Shown here piece after piece: positions 61,701 to 64,000 of a DNA stretch of 64,000 nucleotides (positions are counted from its first letter, which is position 1; every line of letters starts with the position of its first letter). Origin of the DNA: Pedococcus sp. (GTDB taxonomy: Bacteria > Actinomycetota > Actinomycetes > Actinomycetales > Dermatophilaceae); assembly GCA_039916625.1 (NCBI GenBank), contig JBDSKZ010000027.1, positions 5,497-69,496 of the forward strand. Reading direction: 5' to 3'. Both the position numbers and the translations under genes were made by a program. Under the pieces are notes generated by a model. The model made no database searches, was not told the DNA's origin, and saw only the letters and a program-made list of their open reading frames with translations.

Positions 61701-63651
61701 CCGCGCCCACGGCCTCCTGGAAGAGCTCGCGCAGCCGGTCGCGGCCGCCTTCGCCGGACCAGACCTTGTCGTTGCGGACGCGCAGGCCGAAGTCGTAGAC
61801 CCAGAGGGTCACGCCGTCCCCGCGCGCCACCTCGTAGGGGCGCTCGTCGACGACCTCGACACCCATGTGCGTGAACATCGGCAGCACCTGGGTCAGCGAC
61901 AGCGGGCTGCGGCGGTAGAGCTTGAAACGTCGCTCGCCGGCCGGGGAGCCGGGCTCCTGGTACATGTTGAGACCGGTGGCCTCGTCGTGCTCGAGAGCGT
62001 CCATGTGGCGGATGTCGACGACGCCGACGCGAGAGGTGAAGTCCTCCTTGTAGGCCTCGGGGAAGGCCCGGCCGTAGAGACCGGACAACCGCGCCGCGGC
62101 CTCCTCGCCATGCTCGGAGCGGGCGGCCTCGCTGAGGTCCTCCTCCCACGTACGGGTGGCGTCGACGAGCTGTCGCTCGAGCACCGCCTCGTCGACGGCC
62201 GGGATCGACTCGCCCGACGGGACGCGCACGACGAAGTGCAGGCGAGCCAGCACCGACTCCGAGACGCGGGTCGTGTAGTCGACCGTCGCGCCTGGAAAGG
62301 CTTGTCGGAGAATGGACTCCATCTTGAGACGGACCGCCGTGTTGTAGCGGTCTCGCGGGATGTAGACCAGCGCGGACACGAAGCGACCGAACCGGTCACG
62401 CCGCATGAACAGCTTGGTCCTGCGACGCTCCTGGAGGTGCAGGACTGCGGTCGCGTTCTCGTAGAGCGACTCCTCGTCGGCCTGGAACATCTCGTCCCGC
62501 GGGTAGGTCTCGAGGACCTCGAGCAGGTCCTTGCCCGAGTGTGAGTCGGGGAGGAACCCGGTGCGCGCGAAGATCTCCTCGACCTTGTCGCGCAGCACCG
62601 GCACCCGGGTCACCGACTCGGTGTAGGCGCTGGAGGTGAACAGTCCGAGGAAGCGCTTCTCCCCGGTGACCTCTCCGTCGTCGTCGAACTGCTTGACGCT
62701 GACGTAGTCGAGGTAGGTGTTGCGGTGCACCGTCGCCCGCGAGTTGGCCTTGGTGATGACCAGCAGCTCGGGTGCGCGCGCGACGCTGCGCGCCTGCTCG
62801 GACAACAGGACTCCGTCGCCCGTGGGGTCGTAGCGCAGCAGGCCGAGGCCGGTGCCGTGGACGGCCCGGAGGGTGTCGGCGTCGGGCCCACGGTGCAGGG
62901 CGTACTCGCGGTAGCCGAGGAAGGTGAAGTGGTTGCCGGCCAGCCACTCGAGCAGACCTCTGGCCTGCTCGACCTCCGCGGCCGCGATGCCGTGCGGAGG
63001 CTTCTCGCCGAGCTCCACCGCGAGCGCGGAGCAGGTCGCCTTCATCTTGGGCCAGTCCTCGACGGCCTCGCGAACGTTGGACAGCACGCCCCGCAGCCCC
63101 TCGGCGATCGCCTGGAGGTTCTCGTCGTTGCTGTCGCGGTCGATCTCGAGGTGCATCCACGACTCGCGCACCTCGCCGAACTCGCTGCTGTCCTCGCTGT
63201 CACCGGCGGCCGCACCACCGAGCAGCACCTGCTCGAGGGCACCGGTCGCGTCACGACGCACGCGCATCATCGGATGCACGACCAGGTGGACGGCGCGCTC
63301 CATACGCTGCAGCTCGGCCGTGAGCGAGTCGACCAGGAACGGCATGTCGTCGGTGACCACCTGGACCACGGTGTGCCCGCTGGCCCAGCCCTGCTCGGCG
63401 ACATCGGGGTTGAACACATCGACCTTGGCCGTGCCCACCGGCCGGCTGCGGGCGAGGTCTCGGTGCGCCAGCGCCACACCGAGGAGGTCCTCGGGGTCAC
63501 GTGCGAGCAGGTCCTCGGTGGCCGTGTGCCGGTAGTAGGCCCGCAGGAACTCCTCGACCTCACCCCCGCTGTGCTCGGCGCGCTCCGCAGCGGAACGCAG
63601 GAGTTGCTGACGGGACTGCTCCAGCGACGCAGACATGCTTGTGTTCGTCAT
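58753..63651 (-). CDS. gdh: large NAD-specific glutamate dehydrogenase (~180 kDa class)
   Basis: [22 protein letters not shown] is the family N-terminus. The catalytic core reads [39 protein letters not shown]...GPDVGT-like region...[17 protein letters not shown]. The start is 63651 or 63636. Confidence 0.9.
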   Translation of the reverse strand: [1632 protein letters not shown]

Positions 63652-63896
63652 CCTCACGGGGTCGTCGTGCAGGCGTGGGCGCACCTCGTTGTGCGTCGGG
63701 ACGAGACTATCGCCCGTCGCACCTGCCGTTCACCGGCCCCGGCCCCTGTTTCCGCGCGTGAACCGGGTGGCGCGGCGCGACACGCACAAAGAAAGTTGCT
63801 CCCTGACTGGCGTTTTGCGTTCGCGCAGGTCAGAGTGTGTGGTTGCAGCGCTCCCCTGCGCGTCTGCGACACATCACCCATACAGAAGGAGTCCCC

Positions 63897-64000
63897 GTGA
63901 TCATCCTCGGACTGATCCTGCTGATCATCGGCCTCGTGGCCAAGATCTCCATCCTCACCACGATCGGCGTCATCCTGCTCGTGGTCGGCGCCGTCCTCGT
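63897..64000 (+). CDS. small hydrophobic membrane protein, 5' part (runs off the window)
   Basis: AAGGAG (63886..63891) lies 5 nt before GTG 63897. The translation VIILGLILLIIGLVAKISILTTIGVILLVVGAVL has all third positions G or C. It is absent from the track because it has no stop in the window. Confidence 0.45.
   Translation, partial: MIILGLILLIIGLVAKISILTTIGVILLVVGAVL

Overview
High-GC actinobacterial chromosome segment. WhiB1, PdtaS, the GlgE alpha-glucan pathway, an F420-type PPOX protein and the large NAD-GDH are Actinomycetota hallmarks; by eye it looks Micrococcales-like, but I cannot place it further. I call about 46 protein-coding genes. I found no rRNA, tRNA, CRISPR array, transposase or integrase. 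The supplied ORF track uses ATG, GTG and TTG starts. It contains many long shadow ORFs, either antisense or out of frame, which I rejected on amino-acid composition (Arg/Pro/Gly/His-rich).

Layout:
(1) 1-1761: membrane protein, OmpR-type response regulator and sensor kinase operon, preceded by a 10-bp tandem repeat.
(2) 1880-4801: acyltransferase, methyltransferase, enoyl-CoA hydratase and YbjN-like operon.
(3) 4830-19851: a compact glycogen / GlgE-pathway locus (glgX, glgP, glgE-treS-pep2-glgB, pgm).
(4) 19922-34528: mixed housekeeping genes. These are a secreted PLD-like protein, an ATP-grasp protein, a Trx/TPR protein, a lipoprotein plus membrane pair, an acyl-CoA mutase large subunit with MarR, a GNAT, a Ser/Thr kinase coupled to DUF4265, MeaB and a thiolase.
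(5) 34665-54790: the unusual part. Two translationally coupled giant ORFs (about 2262 aa and 1256 aa) belong to no family I can recognise. The only module I recognise in them is an OmpA/MotB-like peptidoglycan-binding module. They lie directly downstream of a 7-gene Tad-like pilus locus. That locus is head-to-head with a 1472-aa FHA-domain, triple-P-loop FtsK/EccC-like ATPase.
(6) 54800-64000: PPOX, a membrane protein, whiB1, pdtaS, a MOSC protein and the large NAD-glutamate dehydrogenase.

Many adjacent genes overlap by ATGA, GTGA or TGATG, which indicates translational coupling. All family assignments come from motif and sequence recognition by eye; no searches were run.
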